64,000 nt of DNA from an uncultured Smithella sp. (GCA_964608995.1 CAZSQS010000007.1:7843-71842); one strand, 5' to 3'. Positions 25,933-36,493 are shown, counted from the stretch's first letter. Made by a program: numbers and translations. Notes: generated from the letters alone by a model not told the origin.

Positions 25933-27074
25933 ACGATATTCGGTTGCAAACCCTTGCCCCGGTCAAAAAAATTCTCATTAAAATCGGCTCAGCCGTGCTC
26001 ACAGGCTCTGATGGTCTGGATTTAAAAGTCATCGAAGCGCTCTCTGGCGAGATGTGTGATCTCACCCGCCGGGGATTTTCCATTGTGCTTGTCACCTCCG
26101 GCGCCATCGCTTCAGGCAAGCACCGCCTGGGACTCACGGCCCCCCTCAAAAACATGCCCGAAAAACAGGCCGCCGCCGCCGTCGGCCAGGGACGCCTCAT
26201 GCGCGTCTATTCCAAGGCGTTTGAAAAAAACAACCTCTACGTCGCGCAGATTCTTCTGACCATGTCGGATCTGACGGACCGGCAGCGCTACCTCAACATC
26301 AGAAATACGCTCTCCACGCTCATGGAATGGCGCGTCACGCCGATCATCAACGAAAACGACACGGTTGCCGTCGATGAAATCAAATTCGGCGACAACGACA
26401 ATCTGGCCGCCATGATCGCCAACATTATCGGCGCGGACCTCCTGATCAACCTCACGGCCACCGACGGCCTGTACGACGGCAATCCATCTGTCTCCAAAAA
26501 AGCCAAACGCATTGAACTGGTCCGCGAAATCACGGACGCTATTGAAGCTATGGCCACATCGGAGACCTCATCGGTTGGCACGGGTGGCATGCAAAGCAAA
26601 ATTTCAGCCGCCAAAAAAGTCACTTCGCTGGGCATGGCCTGTATCATCGCGCCGGGAAAACGCAAAAAAGTGCTCTCCGATATTCTCGCAGGCCTTGACG
26701 TCGGAACGCTGTTTTTACCGCAGGCCTCACGTCTGGCCAGCCGCAAATACTGGATTGCCAACACGCTTAAACCCCGCGGCCGCGTGGTTCTGGACGAAGG
26801 CGCTAAAAAAGCCCTTCTGGAAAAAGGCAAAAGCCTGCTCCCGTCCGGCATCACATCCGTCGAAGGCGATTTCAACCCGGGTGATCCCGTCATCTGCGCG
26901 GACGCAGACGGCGCGGTGCTGGCCAAGGGCCTTGTCAATTACAGCGCCGGGGACGTCCGCCTCATTCTGGGCAAAAGAACGTCCCAGATTTTATCCGTTT
27001 TAGGCCACAAGGACTACGATGAGGTCATCCACCGCGACAATCTCGTCCTCATCGAACCGATTCGCAAAAAATAA
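25929..27074 (+). CDS. proB: Glutamate 5-kinase with PUA domain
   Basis: ILIKIGSAVLT, VTSGAIASG, INENDTVAVDEIKFGDNDNLAA and a C-terminal PUA-like region. The ATG overlaps the obg stop (ATGA). Confidence 0.9.
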   Translation: MNDIRLQTLAPVKKILIKIGSAVLTGSDGLDLKVIEALSGEMCDLTRRGFSIVLVTSGAIASGKHRLGLTAPLKNMPEKQAAAAVGQGRLMRVYSKAFEKNNLYVAQILLTMSDLTDRQRYLNIRNTLSTLMEWRVTPIINENDTVAVDEIKFGDNDNLAAMIANIIGADLLINLTATDGLYDGNPSVSKKAKRIELVREITDAIEAMATSETSSVGTGGMQSKISAAKKVTSLGMACIIAPGKRKKVLSDILAGLDVGTLFLPQASRLASRKYWIANTLKPRGRVVLDEGAKKALLEKGKSLLPSGITSVEGDFNPGDPVICADADGAVLAKGLVNYSAGDVRLILGKRTSQILSVLGHKDYDEVIHRDNLVLIEPIRKK

Positions 27075-27110
27075 AAATCGAAACACCCAAATAACCATCA
27101 GGAGGAGACC

Positions 27111-27704
27111 ATGATTCCATTTATCGTATTGGTAGTCATCATCGCCGTTTTCGCGTTTTATTTGATTGGAATTTACAACAAACTGATCGCGCTTCGCAAT
27201 TTATTCAAAAACGCCTTCGCGCAGATCGACGTTCAGCTTCGACGCCGCTACGATCTCATTCCCAATCTGGTGGAAGCGACCAAAGGCTACCTGACCCACG
27301 AGCGCGCCACGCTTGAAGCCGTCATCCAGGCGCGGGGCGCCGCCGTTAACGCAGGCCGCGTCGCCGCCGCTCAGCCGGGAAACGCCGCCGCCATGGCCGG
27401 TCTTAACGCGGCGGAAGGCACGCTGGCGGGTGCGTTGTCCAAGCTTCTGGCCGTAGTCGAATCCTACCCGGATTTGAAGGCTAATACAACCGTCCGTGAT
27501 CTGATGGAGGAGCTCACCTCCACGGAAAACAAAGTCGGTTTTGCGCGCCAGGCCTATAACGACGCGGTCACCGACTACAACACCCAGCGCGAACTCTTCC
27601 CCAACAACGTCGTCTCCTCCCTGTTTAATTTTGAGTCGGCCGCGCTTCTGGAAGCGGTAGAGGAGGCTTCGCAGCGCTTGGCGCCCAAAGTGTCGTTTCA
27701 ATGA
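27111..27704 (+). CDS. lemA: LemA family protein
   Basis: N-terminal TM helix, then YNKLIALRN...QIDVQLRRRYDLIPNLVE...YNDAVTDYN, typical of LemA. Confidence 0.9.
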   Translation: MIPFIVLVVIIAVFAFYLIGIYNKLIALRNLFKNAFAQIDVQLRRRYDLIPNLVEATKGYLTHERATLEAVIQARGAAVNAGRVAAAQPGNAAAMAGLNAAEGTLAGALSKLLAVVESYPDLKANTTVRDLMEELTSTENKVGFARQAYNDAVTDYNTQRELFPNNVVSSLFNFESAALLEAVEEASQRLAPKVSFQ

Positions 27705-27729
27705 CTTGTGACCCTGTTGACGATCCCCG

Positions 27730-29718
27730 ATGAACACGGATAAACCGACCAACTTTTTCGCCCGCCAGGAAGCAGCAAGACGAAACTGCCGCAACTATCT
27801 GATCGGGTTTTGCGCTGCGGTGCTCGTCATCATCGTGGTCACCACGATGGCGCTGCGGTTTGTCTGGTATCTGTATCTCCACTTCCAGGCCGTCTCCACC
27901 ATCAATTTTGCCGAAAGCCGGGTATATATGCAAAAAGTGGACGGGTTTTCGCTTTTCGATCCCGCCTCCTTCATCCTGGTGGCCTTTGTCCTGACAGCCA
28001 TCATCGGCGCGGCCAGCCTTTATAAGCTCCACGCTCTGCGCCAGGGCGGTCCGGCCGTGGCCGAGCTCTTAGGCGGCGAGCTCGTCAGCCCCGACTCAAC
28101 CGATCCGGCCCGGCGGCGGCTTCTCAATATTGTGGAGGAAATGTCCATCGCTTCGGGCATTCCCATGCCGAAGGTGTATGTGCTGGCGCGCGAATACAAC
28201 ATCAATGCCTTTGCCGCGGGCCTGACGTTTAACGACGCGGTGGTGGGCATAACGGGTGGCGGCCTCGAAAGGCTCAGCCGCGACGAGCTCCAGGGTGTAA
28301 TCGCTCACGAGTTCAGCCATATCCTAAACGGCGACATGCGCCTCAATGTCCAGCTCATCGGCATTCTCTTCGGCATTTTATTTCTGGGCATCTCAGGACG
28401 GAAATTTCTCTCCGGCAGCCGATTCACGCTGCGGGTGGGGCTCCCCGCCATCGCCACAGGCGTTTTGCTCACCGTCATCGGCTACCTGGGCACCTTTCTG
28501 GGCCGGGCGCTTCAGGCCGCCATCTCGCGGCACAAAGAGCGACTGGCCGACGCCTCTGCCGTCCAGTTTACACGAAATCCGCTGGGGCTTTCAGGCGCGC
28601 TCAAGAAAATCGGCGGGGCCACCTTCGGCTCGAATATCCGCTCACATGACGCCCGCCAGGCCAGCCACTTATTTTTTGGTGAAAGCCATCCGGATAACCT
28701 CTTTCCGTTTCTGGCCACGCATCCGCCGCTTAAAGAGCGCATCCTTCTGCTGGAGCCTTCATTTGACGGCGTTTTCCCCTCGTGGCGGGATGATCGCATA
28801 AAGCCGAAAGACGCTTATGTGGCCGCTTCGTCCATCTCCACGCTCAACATCCCCATCCGGGCGCCCAGGCTCGGCGGCGGCAGCGCCGCTGAGGTTGTCG
28901 GGGCAGTGGGAAACCCGTCGGCGGAAAACATTGTCCAGGGACAGGTTTTTCTCGATGCGCTCCCGATAGGTTTACACAAGGCCATGCAGACACCCGCAGG
29001 AGCGTCGGCAACCATCTTCGCGCTTTTGCTCGAACCCGATGCCTCCCGCAAACGCGTCCAGGTCGAAGCGCTCAGGCGCGCCCTGACTCTGCAGGGCGAC
29101 ACAGATCAAGTCGTTCGCATCGCCGCGGAAATGGCCGGCCTGTCAAGGGAGTGTCGGCTGCCGCTCATCGAGATGGCCATGCCGGCGCTTTCGCGACTCA
29201 ACAGTCTGGAAAAGCGCAATTTCCTGCTCATCTTAAACGCGCTCATCAACGTGGACGGGCGCATCAGCCTTTTTGAGCTCTCCGTTCAGTGGATTCTCAA
29301 CCGCTACATCAATCCCGAGGAGGCACTTTTCCGCAGCATCACGAAATTCACCTTCGCCCAGGCGGGGATGGACGCGGTCGTGCTGATATCCGCCTTGGCC
29401 ACAGCCGGGCACGCGGGTGACATCGAAAAAACCCAGCGCGCCTTTGAGGCCGGCATCGCACGGATTCCCGAACTCGCCGCGCGCCGCCCGGTTTTACTTA
29501 GTCAGGAGATAGACTCCTACATGCGCGTCAACCGCGCGCTGACCAACCTGACATCCGCCTCATTTAAAATCCGCCAAACCGTTATCGACGCCTGCGCCCA
29601 CTGCGCCTTTGCCGATAAAATCGTCACCGCCGACGAGAGAGAACTCCTGCGCGTCATCGCGCTTGCCCTCGAATGCCCCCTGCCGCCGTTTATCACTGCC
29701 GAAAACCCCACCAGGTAG
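27730..29718 (+). CDS. M48-family zinc metallopeptidase (HtpX-like) with long C-terminal TerB-like region
   Basis: TM helices. HEFSHILNGD (HExxH) and ADASAVQFTRNP. The C-terminal ~300 aa have two DG/D..E.LL-type segments (INVDGRISLFELS and ADKIVTADERELLRVIA). Confidence 0.8.
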   Translation: MNTDKPTNFFARQEAARRNCRNYLIGFCAAVLVIIVVTTMALRFVWYLYLHFQAVSTINFAESRVYMQKVDGFSLFDPASFILVAFVLTAIIGAASLYKLHALRQGGPAVAELLGGELVSPDSTDPARRRLLNIVEEMSIASGIPMPKVYVLAREYNINAFAAGLTFNDAVVGITGGGLERLSRDELQGVIAHEFSHILNGDMRLNVQLIGILFGILFLGISGRKFLSGSRFTLRVGLPAIATGVLLTVIGYLGTFLGRALQAAISRHKERLADASAVQFTRNPLGLSGALKKIGGATFGSNIRSHDARQASHLFFGESHPDNLFPFLATHPPLKERILLLEPSFDGVFPSWRDDRIKPKDAYVAASSISTLNIPIRAPRLGGGSAAEVVGAVGNPSAENIVQGQVFLDALPIGLHKAMQTPAGASATIFALLLEPDASRKRVQVEALRRALTLQGDTDQVVRIAAEMAGLSRECRLPLIEMAMPALSRLNSLEKRNFLLILNALINVDGRISLFELSVQWILNRYINPEEALFRSITKFTFAQAGMDAVVLISALATAGHAGDIEKTQRAFEAGIARIPELAARRPVLLSQEIDSYMRVNRALTNLTSASFKIRQTVIDACAHCAFADKIVTADERELLRVIALALECPLPPFITAENPTR

Positions 29719-29810
29719 CGCCCTCGGCATCCCGCACGCCCGACACACACAATCGTTTGCGTCGCGAGTAATGATTGCCAAGTGGGGCCTAGGTGTGTTA
29801 AAGGCCGCGC

Positions 29811-31133
29811 ATGTCTTTGTGGGAAAAGAAAAATCGCATACTGGTGACGTGTCCGAAGGGAGTGGCGCCATGCCTCAAGGCAGAGCTGGAGGCGCTGGGG
29901 TTTCCCGTCCTGCACGAGATTGATACGGCCGTGCAAACGGAGGGGACGCTGGCCGATACGATGCGTCTCAATCTACATCTGCGCACGGCCCAGCGTGTTT
30001 TGTATCAACTGCAACAGTTCAAGGTCATCTCACCTGCCGCGCTCTATGAACGGATGAACGGCATCCCGTGGGAGACGATTCTGCATGTCTCCGGGCCGGA
30101 CGCCTATGTCTGCGTCACGTCCATGGTAGAAAACGAGCAAATTAGAGACACACGGTTTGCCAATCTCAAGGCCAAAGACGCGATTGTGGACCGGCTGCGT
30201 GACAAGTGCGGCGTGCGGCCGGATTCGGGCCCGGAAAAGGATCGGGCGGTTGTCCATGTTTACTGGCGAAACGATTCGGCCAGTGTGTATATCGATACCT
30301 CCGGCGAACGCCTCTCTATGCGCGGCTACCGCAAGATTCCGCTTGCGGCCCCCTTGCAGGAATCACTGGCGGCGGCTCTGGTTTTGTCCAGCGGCTGGCG
30401 GCATGACAAGGCGTTCATCAATCCGATGTGCGGCAGCGGCACGATTGCCATCGAGGCGGCGCTGATTGCGCTGAATCGCGCGCCGGGGCTTTCCCGCAGT
30501 AATTTCGGCTTTCTCCATCTTCTTGATTTTCCGCGAGACAACTGGCATGCGCTGCGCGATCAGGCGCGAAAGATCTCGCTTAAAGCGCTTCCGGGCGTCA
30601 TCATTGCTTCGGACATTGATCCCAATGCGGTGGACGCGGCGCGCCGAAACGCGCAGACCGCCGGGGTGGATCGCCTTGTCGAGTTCAAGGTTTGCCCCTT
30701 TGAGAAAACGCCCGTGCCGGGTGGCGCAGGCGTGATCCTGATGAACCCGCCCTACGGCGAACGCATGGAAACGCTGCCGGTTAGACCCAGCCACGCGACT
30801 GAGCGAAAGAAAATGGTCGGCGGCAAGCAAGTCATCCTGCGCAAAGCCCCCGCTCCGGCTGCGGTCTCATTTGAAAGGGATCCCCGAAAGCGGCTGGAAA
30901 GCCTGTATGAAAGCTGTGGTGATTTCTTCAAAAGCATCGGCCGGGGATACCGCGGCTACATCTTCACCGGCAATCTGGAGATGGCCAAAAAAATCGGGCT
31001 TCGCACCAAGCGGCGTCTGCCGTTTTTCAACGGCGATATCGAATGCCGCCTTTTGGAGTATGATCTGTACGTCGGCAGCAAAAAAAATACCGCTACACAA
31101 GAGTCGTCAAACTTACCGCCAGCCGGTGAATAG
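29811..31133 (+). CDS. THUMP-domain class I SAM-dependent RNA methyltransferase (RlmL/UPF0020-like)
   Basis: N-terminal THUMP-like region, DPMCGSGTI (SAM motif I) and the NPPYGERM catalytic motif. Confidence 0.8.
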   Translation: MSLWEKKNRILVTCPKGVAPCLKAELEALGFPVLHEIDTAVQTEGTLADTMRLNLHLRTAQRVLYQLQQFKVISPAALYERMNGIPWETILHVSGPDAYVCVTSMVENEQIRDTRFANLKAKDAIVDRLRDKCGVRPDSGPEKDRAVVHVYWRNDSASVYIDTSGERLSMRGYRKIPLAAPLQESLAAALVLSSGWRHDKAFINPMCGSGTIAIEAALIALNRAPGLSRSNFGFLHLLDFPRDNWHALRDQARKISLKALPGVIIASDIDPNAVDAARRNAQTAGVDRLVEFKVCPFEKTPVPGGAGVILMNPPYGERMETLPVRPSHATERKKMVGGKQVILRKAPAPAAVSFERDPRKRLESLYESCGDFFKSIGRGYRGYIFTGNLEMAKKIGLRTKRRLPFFNGDIECRLLEYDLYVGSKKNTATQESSNLPPAGE

Positions 31134-31150
31134 CTTATCCGAAAACGCCC

Positions 31151-32341
31151 TTAACGCCGCAAAAGCTTCCGAACCCAGCTCATCCATGCGGGCTCTTCCT
31201 TATCGCCTCGCGCCCCCTGGTCTGTTTCCCCTTTAAATGTCAATAGCTTCAGCATATCCTCCAGCGAGACCACACCGACGAGCTGATCATTTTCAACCAC
31301 CATCAGACGGTTATGCCTCGCCCGGTTCATGACGGTCAGCGCCTGTTCGGCGCTTTCGTCCGGTGAAATCATCGTGTCCGGCCCGCAAGGCTCAGTCACC
31401 GCCCCGACGGTCTGGTGCTCCCATTCATCGCGCGGCACGCGGCCTGCGTTTTGGACAGATACACAACCGGACAATCTGCCAAAGGACATGACCGGATAAA
31501 ACGAATAATTATATTGATATGCATAATCATTGATAAATTCTTCGAGCGATGCGGATCGGGAAACCACCACCGGATCTTTGGCCATCACCTCCCGAACCGA
31601 AACGCCGCGAAACAAACTGCTGGCCATCATCTGGCGGTAGGACCCCAGCGCCGCCATCCGCACGAAAAAACCGATCATCAGCCACCACAGGCCGCCGACA
31701 AAACTTCCCGTCAGAATAGACACACCACCCAACGCCATGAGAACAATGCCCAGTCCCGAGCCCACCCGGGCAGCAACGGACGTTGCCCAGCGCAAATCCT
31801 TTTTCCAATGCCACAAGATGGATCGCAAAATCCGTCCGCCGTCGAGCGGAAACGCCGGAACCAGATTAAAGACGGCCAGCGCCAGGTTCAGCCACGCCAG
31901 ATAGGCCAAAACCCCCGTCACCGTAACCGAAAGGCCCCTGTCCTGTCCCCCCGCCAGCACGACAAACATCAACGCGCCGGCGGCAGCACTCGAGAGGGGA
32001 CCCACCACCGCCATCCAGAATTCGGCTTTGGGCGAGGGCGGATCGTTTTTCATTTCCGCCACGCCGCCAAAAAGAAACAGGGTAATGCCTTTCATGGAAA
32101 TACCGAAATGCCTGGCCATAAGCGAATGCGCCAGTTCGTGAAACACGATGGACATAAACAGCCCCACGGCGCCTGCCACCCCCATCCACCAGTAGGAGGA
32201 TTGCGGCAAATCCTTGTAAAATTCAGGGAATAGCCTTGTGGCGAGCGACCAGGCAATGAGCAGGGCCAAAATCAGCCAGCTGGGATCAACTTTGATATCA
32301 AAACCAAACAATCTAAAAAGTGTTACCGGACGTCCAAACAT
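31151..32341 (-). CDS. Site-2 (M50) metalloprotease with tandem CBS domains
   Basis: HELAHSLMA (HExxH) in a TM helix, and NLVPAFPLDGGR (the second M50 motif). The C-terminal CBS pair ends in NRLMVVENDQLVGVVSLEDM. Confidence 0.85.
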   Translation of the reverse strand: MFGRPVTLFRLFGFDIKVDPSWLILALLIAWSLATRLFPEFYKDLPQSSYWWMGVAGAVGLFMSIVFHELAHSLMARHFGISMKGITLFLFGGVAEMKNDPPSPKAEFWMAVVGPLSSAAAGALMFVVLAGGQDRGLSVTVTGVLAYLAWLNLALAVFNLVPAFPLDGGRILRSILWHWKKDLRWATSVAARVGSGLGIVLMALGGVSILTGSFVGGLWWLMIGFFVRMAALGSYRQMMASSLFRGVSVREVMAKDPVVVSRSASLEEFINDYAYQYNYSFYPVMSFGRLSGCVSVQNAGRVPRDEWEHQTVGAVTEPCGPDTMISPDESAEQALTVMNRARHNRLMVVENDQLVGVVSLEDMLKLLTFKGETDQGARGDKEEPAWMSWVRKLLRR

Positions 32342-32578
32342 ATTGCGTTACACATCTTTCTTTCCAAACATTCATCGCGTCGGCGGACAAAATCGTTTTT
32401 ACCGTACAGTCTTAAATTAACTTTTTACCTGAAAAAATCAACTACCGATTTTTCTTTTTCGCCATAAAGACCGATATTGAGTCAAATATCGCATCCGACG
32501 CGAAAATAATTGACACTGTGGCTGTTTTTAAGGTATTTTTCGCGGAAAGTCAGATATATCCGGTATCGGGAAGGTTGC

Positions 32579-34702
32579 ATGATGATCTCTAAAAAAATTT
32601 TTCTTTCGGCCCTTGTCTTGATCCTTTCTTTGTCCCCGATGGCGCAGGCTAACCCCGAAGCGCCCCGCTGGGTTTCTCTTTCAACGGATTCCCCTGATAC
32701 AGTGCGGGAAATCATTCGCTCGGAAGTGGACAATCGTGAATTCTTTTCCACGTCTCAGGAAGAAAGAAAAAACCTCAAAGCCGTGGAGGACGAAAAGGAA
32801 AAAGAAGATGCGGGATATAAAAACGCCGTCATCACCGCAAACCGCGAGTTCATCCGGGCCAAAAAAAAGCGAGATGACATCACCTCGCAGTTTCACATGT
32901 CTTCAACCGACCTTGATGAATCCGCCCGCGCCATCAAGTCCATCCGCACTACGATAGAAAATCTCGACCACCAGATTGCCCGTTATGAACAGGACATCAA
33001 AACCCAGCAGGATTCTCTCAAACGCTGGCTGCAAACCGAAAAACAGGGCGAAGCGCTCGTGGCCGTCATCTATACGCGCGGTTTCCGCGATAAAACTCAC
33101 GATCTCGAAGCGAAGGCGGACATCGCCTCCGCGCCGCTGATTGCCTCGTATATGGGCACCTTCATTAAGTCTTTCACCAAAGTCGTCAACAATGTCACCG
33201 CGGTGGATTTTATTCGCGCCACCGAAGAAGGCACGGCCAAGTGGAACAACGAAGAGCCAATTCGCACCGCGCTGGAAACCACGAACAAAGGCACATCGTA
33301 TTTGAGGATCAAGCGCTACGACCTCTATCCGTTTCAGGAAAACAAAACGGGCAAAGTCAAAGCCGGTGGCAGTTCCGGTTTTAAAGCGGCGCTCATCAAT
33401 TCCCGTACGGAGCTGGACGAGTTTATCAAGGCCAACGATTATGATGCCACGAAACATGATCTGGATCGCGCTTACCGCGCCATTGCCAACGTCAACCGCA
33501 GCAACATCCTCGCGGAAGAAGGGTTGAACGAACAGGTCAAATCCTTTCAGGACAGAATTCTCAGTTTACAAAGCAAAATCCGCGAAGCCAGCTCGGAGCG
33601 AGGCGCCCAGCAGGCACAGCTCAAACGCCGGGAAGAAAGCTATTACAAACTAAGCCTTGATGTCGCCGCCATCCGGGAACGCAAAGACGCGGCGGAAAGA
33701 GTGTTTCAGCAGGCCCAGGGCGCCTTGCAGGAAAAAAAGCGCACGCATGAATCCATCATCATTAAATCGGCGCTGGCCGCCACCAAAGGCTCGCAGACAC
33801 CCGCCGAAGCCTCGGCGGAAGTCATCCTCGACAAGCTGGCCGAAGTCAAAAACGACGCCAAGACGCAGCACTCGTCATCGGCTACCGAAGTGACCAATTT
33901 CCAGGTCACGGCGGAAAGCGCCACGCAATCCATTACGGAAGCGCGCATCACCGCCGTGCGGCTGATCTCGTTTATCAATGAAGGCGACAGCGTCCGCGTG
34001 AAAATGGCGTTTCGCGTTCGAACCATTTTAGAAGAACAACCGCCCGCGGAAGATCCGGCCAAAGCCACTGCACCGGCCCCCGTCCAGGCGGAAACTGCAC
34101 CGCCTGCGCCCGCAGCGAAAGAAACGCCTGTTGCCCCGGCCACCCCGGCCGCCCCGGCAACTCCGCCTCCTGCTCAGCCTCAACCCAAGGTGGCGGATGC
34201 CCCTGCTCCAACGCCAGTCCCTGCGCCCAAGGTCATTGCGCCTTTCAAACGATCCTACCGCCCACTGGCAGTAAAAGACGCGCTGGGCTGCGCCTTTGAA
34301 CTGCGCAGCGCAACGCTCACGCAGGAAGGCCTGCGCGTTTTGGTCGAAGTCATCAATTTGGATACGGAAGTGCGTAAAGTCGCCTTCTACGATGATCGCT
34401 TCGGCAGCTGGCCGCGATCCAAGGTATTCGACGAAGCGGAAAACGCCTATTTAACATCCGATGCCTACGTCTGGCAGGGATCAGAAAAAAAACTGATGGT
34501 TGAAATAGACGGGCGGGGACGCGGCGTTGAAATTCAGCCGCAGACCTCCGTAACGATGGAGCTGATCTTTAAAGATATTCCCAACACGGCTAAGAAGGTT
34601 AAAATTCAACTGCACCCGTTTATTTACCATTACCCGGGCGGTAGAAGAGAAACCTGGCAGGAATTTGACCTGGATCTGCCGGTCATGACGATCCGGCGTT
34701 AA
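32579..34702 (+). CDS. Secreted coiled-coil protein with Pro/Ala-rich linker and C-terminal beta-rich domain, function unknown
   Basis: Start is taken at ATG 32579 (MMISKKIFLSALVLILSLSPMAQA signal peptide), and the track ORF has an unlikely 23-codon extension. Long heptad-like charged region, then a ~65-aa P/A-rich segment (PAEDPAKATAPAPVQAETAPPAPAAKETPVAPATPAAPATPPPAQPQPKVADAPAPTPVPAPK). Confidence 0.6.
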   Translation: MMISKKIFLSALVLILSLSPMAQANPEAPRWVSLSTDSPDTVREIIRSEVDNREFFSTSQEERKNLKAVEDEKEKEDAGYKNAVITANREFIRAKKKRDDITSQFHMSSTDLDESARAIKSIRTTIENLDHQIARYEQDIKTQQDSLKRWLQTEKQGEALVAVIYTRGFRDKTHDLEAKADIASAPLIASYMGTFIKSFTKVVNNVTAVDFIRATEEGTAKWNNEEPIRTALETTNKGTSYLRIKRYDLYPFQENKTGKVKAGGSSGFKAALINSRTELDEFIKANDYDATKHDLDRAYRAIANVNRSNILAEEGLNEQVKSFQDRILSLQSKIREASSERGAQQAQLKRREESYYKLSLDVAAIRERKDAAERVFQQAQGALQEKKRTHESIIIKSALAATKGSQTPAEASAEVILDKLAEVKNDAKTQHSSSATEVTNFQVTAESATQSITEARITAVRLISFINEGDSVRVKMAFRVRTILEEQPPAEDPAKATAPAPVQAETAPPAPAAKETPVAPATPAAPATPPPAQPQPKVADAPAPTPVPAPKVIAPFKRSYRPLAVKDALGCAFELRSATLTQEGLRVLVEVINLDTEVRKVAFYDDRFGSWPRSKVFDEAENAYLTSDAYVWQGSEKKLMVEIDGRGRGVEIQPQTSVTMELIFKDIPNTAKKVKIQLHPFIYHYPGGRRETWQEFDLDLPVMTIRR

Positions 34703-34714
34703 GCGGGTCAGTCC

Positions 34715-36268
34715 TTATTGCGGCAATTTGATTTTCTGACCGACCAGCAGAACATCGGCCGCTCTCATGGAATTAAGGCGGCGCAAATCATCCACCGTCA
34801 TCGCGCAGCTTTTGGCCAGCGAATACAGCGTGTCCCCTTTTTTAACCCGATACGACCGATAGGACACGACTGTCTGGCCTTTTTGGGCAACCGGCACCAC
34901 AATACGCTTTCCGGCATAGAGGCGATCCGGAAGGCGCATATCGTTGAGTCTCAAAAGAACTGAGACTGTCGTATCATGCTGCCGGGCAATGGTGATGAGC
35001 GTTTCACCCCGTTTAACGCGATAGACAGTGGTTTTGATCTCGCCCGGCGCAAATGGGACCTGGAGTTTAGCCCAAGCCCCCCCCTGTGTCGCCTGATCGG
35101 CAACGACAACAGGCTGGCCGCCGGGCTGGCCGGAAAAGTGATTGACCACCGCCTCAGCAACCGCACGGGCCATCAGCTTGTGAAAACTTTCTTTCTTGAG
35201 CATCCTCTCTTCCTGCGCATTGGACAGATACGCAGTTTCCAGAAGCACCGCCGGAATATCCAGAAGTTTTAAAACGCGAAACGGGGCCTCTTGAAAAACG
35301 GGATATTTCAGGCACTGGACGCTGCCGATCCGATCAATCAACGCTGTGGCAAAAGTTTTGGAATAATTTAACGTGTTCGTCTGGAACATATTTAAAATAA
35401 TCTCATCGGATTGATTGTTGCTCTCTCCATTGGCCACACCGCCAATCACATCGGAGAGATTTTCGTTATTGGCCAACAGGCGCGCCGCTTCGCTCGAGAC
35501 GCCGCCTCTTGAAAGGCAATAGACGGAACTGCCCCTGGCCCGGCGGTTTCTGGCCGCATCCGCATGCACACTGATAAACAGACTGGCGTCTGCGTCACGG
35601 GCAATCTGCAACCGCTTGCTGAACGAGACATAGTAATCGCCGTCGCGCGTCAGAATTGCCCGATAGCCGGGTATTTTGTCGATAGCTTTCTTGATTTCGC
35701 GGCTGATAGACAGGACCACATGTTTTTCATACGTTCCGCCTCTGCCGACAGCGCCCGGATCTTCACCGCCGTGGCCGGGATCCACCACGATGATCCGCGT
35801 TGTCGCGGCAGACGGCCCAGCCGGTTGACTGACCGGCTCTTCCGTTTTTGCACCACCTGCGAAAACATCCACGACCACGCGATCCGGCTTGTCCATGAAC
35901 TTCTTTAACTTAAAAACATCCGTCTTCCAATGCTCGCCCAGTGTCAGGCTGACTTTGCATTTGCCGCCGTCTTTGGACTCAAAAAGGATTTTATCAATCC
36001 CCGGCTTGCCGATGATCATTTCGCCGGAAATGGAGGCGTGCAGGGAGGCATCATAGAATTCGAGCGAAAGCAGATTTTCGCTGACGACATAGGAATAATC
36101 CGGAACATCGCTGAGGTCAAACACAATGCGGGTATGATCGGGGGCGGCCCAGCTGCGGACTTTCGATATCTCCACCGCCGCAAACACCACCGCAAACTGA
36201 GACAGCAAGGCAAACACGGCTAAAACACAAACGCCAAGCCGGATTCGTTTGTCAAATGCATTCATCAT
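34715..36268 (-). CDS. amiC: N-acetylmuramoyl-L-alanine amidase with N-terminal AMIN domain and two C-terminal LysM domains
   Basis: Start at ATG 36268 (MMNAFDKRIRLGVCVLAVFALL signal). AMIN-like VRSWAAPDHTRIVFDL. Amidase_3 motifs IVVDPGHGGEDPGAVG and ISVHADAA. Two YRVK(R/K)G(E/D)TL LysM repeats. Confidence 0.85.
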   Translation of the reverse strand: MMNAFDKRIRLGVCVLAVFALLSQFAVVFAAVEISKVRSWAAPDHTRIVFDLSDVPDYSYVVSENLLSLEFYDASLHASISGEMIIGKPGIDKILFESKDGGKCKVSLTLGEHWKTDVFKLKKFMDKPDRVVVDVFAGGAKTEEPVSQPAGPSAATTRIIVVDPGHGGEDPGAVGRGGTYEKHVVLSISREIKKAIDKIPGYRAILTRDGDYYVSFSKRLQIARDADASLFISVHADAARNRRARGSSVYCLSRGGVSSEAARLLANNENLSDVIGGVANGESNNQSDEIILNMFQTNTLNYSKTFATALIDRIGSVQCLKYPVFQEAPFRVLKLLDIPAVLLETAYLSNAQEERMLKKESFHKLMARAVAEAVVNHFSGQPGGQPVVVADQATQGGAWAKLQVPFAPGEIKTTVYRVKRGETLITIARQHDTTVSVLLRLNDMRLPDRLYAGKRIVVPVAQKGQTVVSYRSYRVKKGDTLYSLAKSCAMTVDDLRRLNSMRAADVLLVGQKIKLPQ

Positions 36269-36416
36269 GGCCAACAAATAACAAATTTCCCAAACATCTG
36301 CAAGAACAGTCGGACATTTCTTCCTCCGTTCATTTGCGCCCCGGACACTCATTTTCCCGCTTTTGCATATTATGTATTGAAGATTCACAAAGGATAGTGT
36401 AGAAAATCGATCCTGT

Positions 36417-36493
36417 GGGCGATTAGCTCAGCTGGATAGAGTACTGGCCTCCGAAGCCAGGTGCCGTGAGTTCGAATCTCACATCGCCCACCA
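36417..36493 (+). tRNA. tRNA-Arg (anticodon CCG), CCA encoded
   Basis: The hand-folded cloverleaf has acceptor GGGCGAT/ATCGCCC, D stem GCTC/GAGT, anticodon stem CTGGC/GCCAG with loop CTCCGAA, a 5-nt variable loop, and T arm GTGAG-TTCGAAT-CTCAC. 77 nt. Confidence 0.9.
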
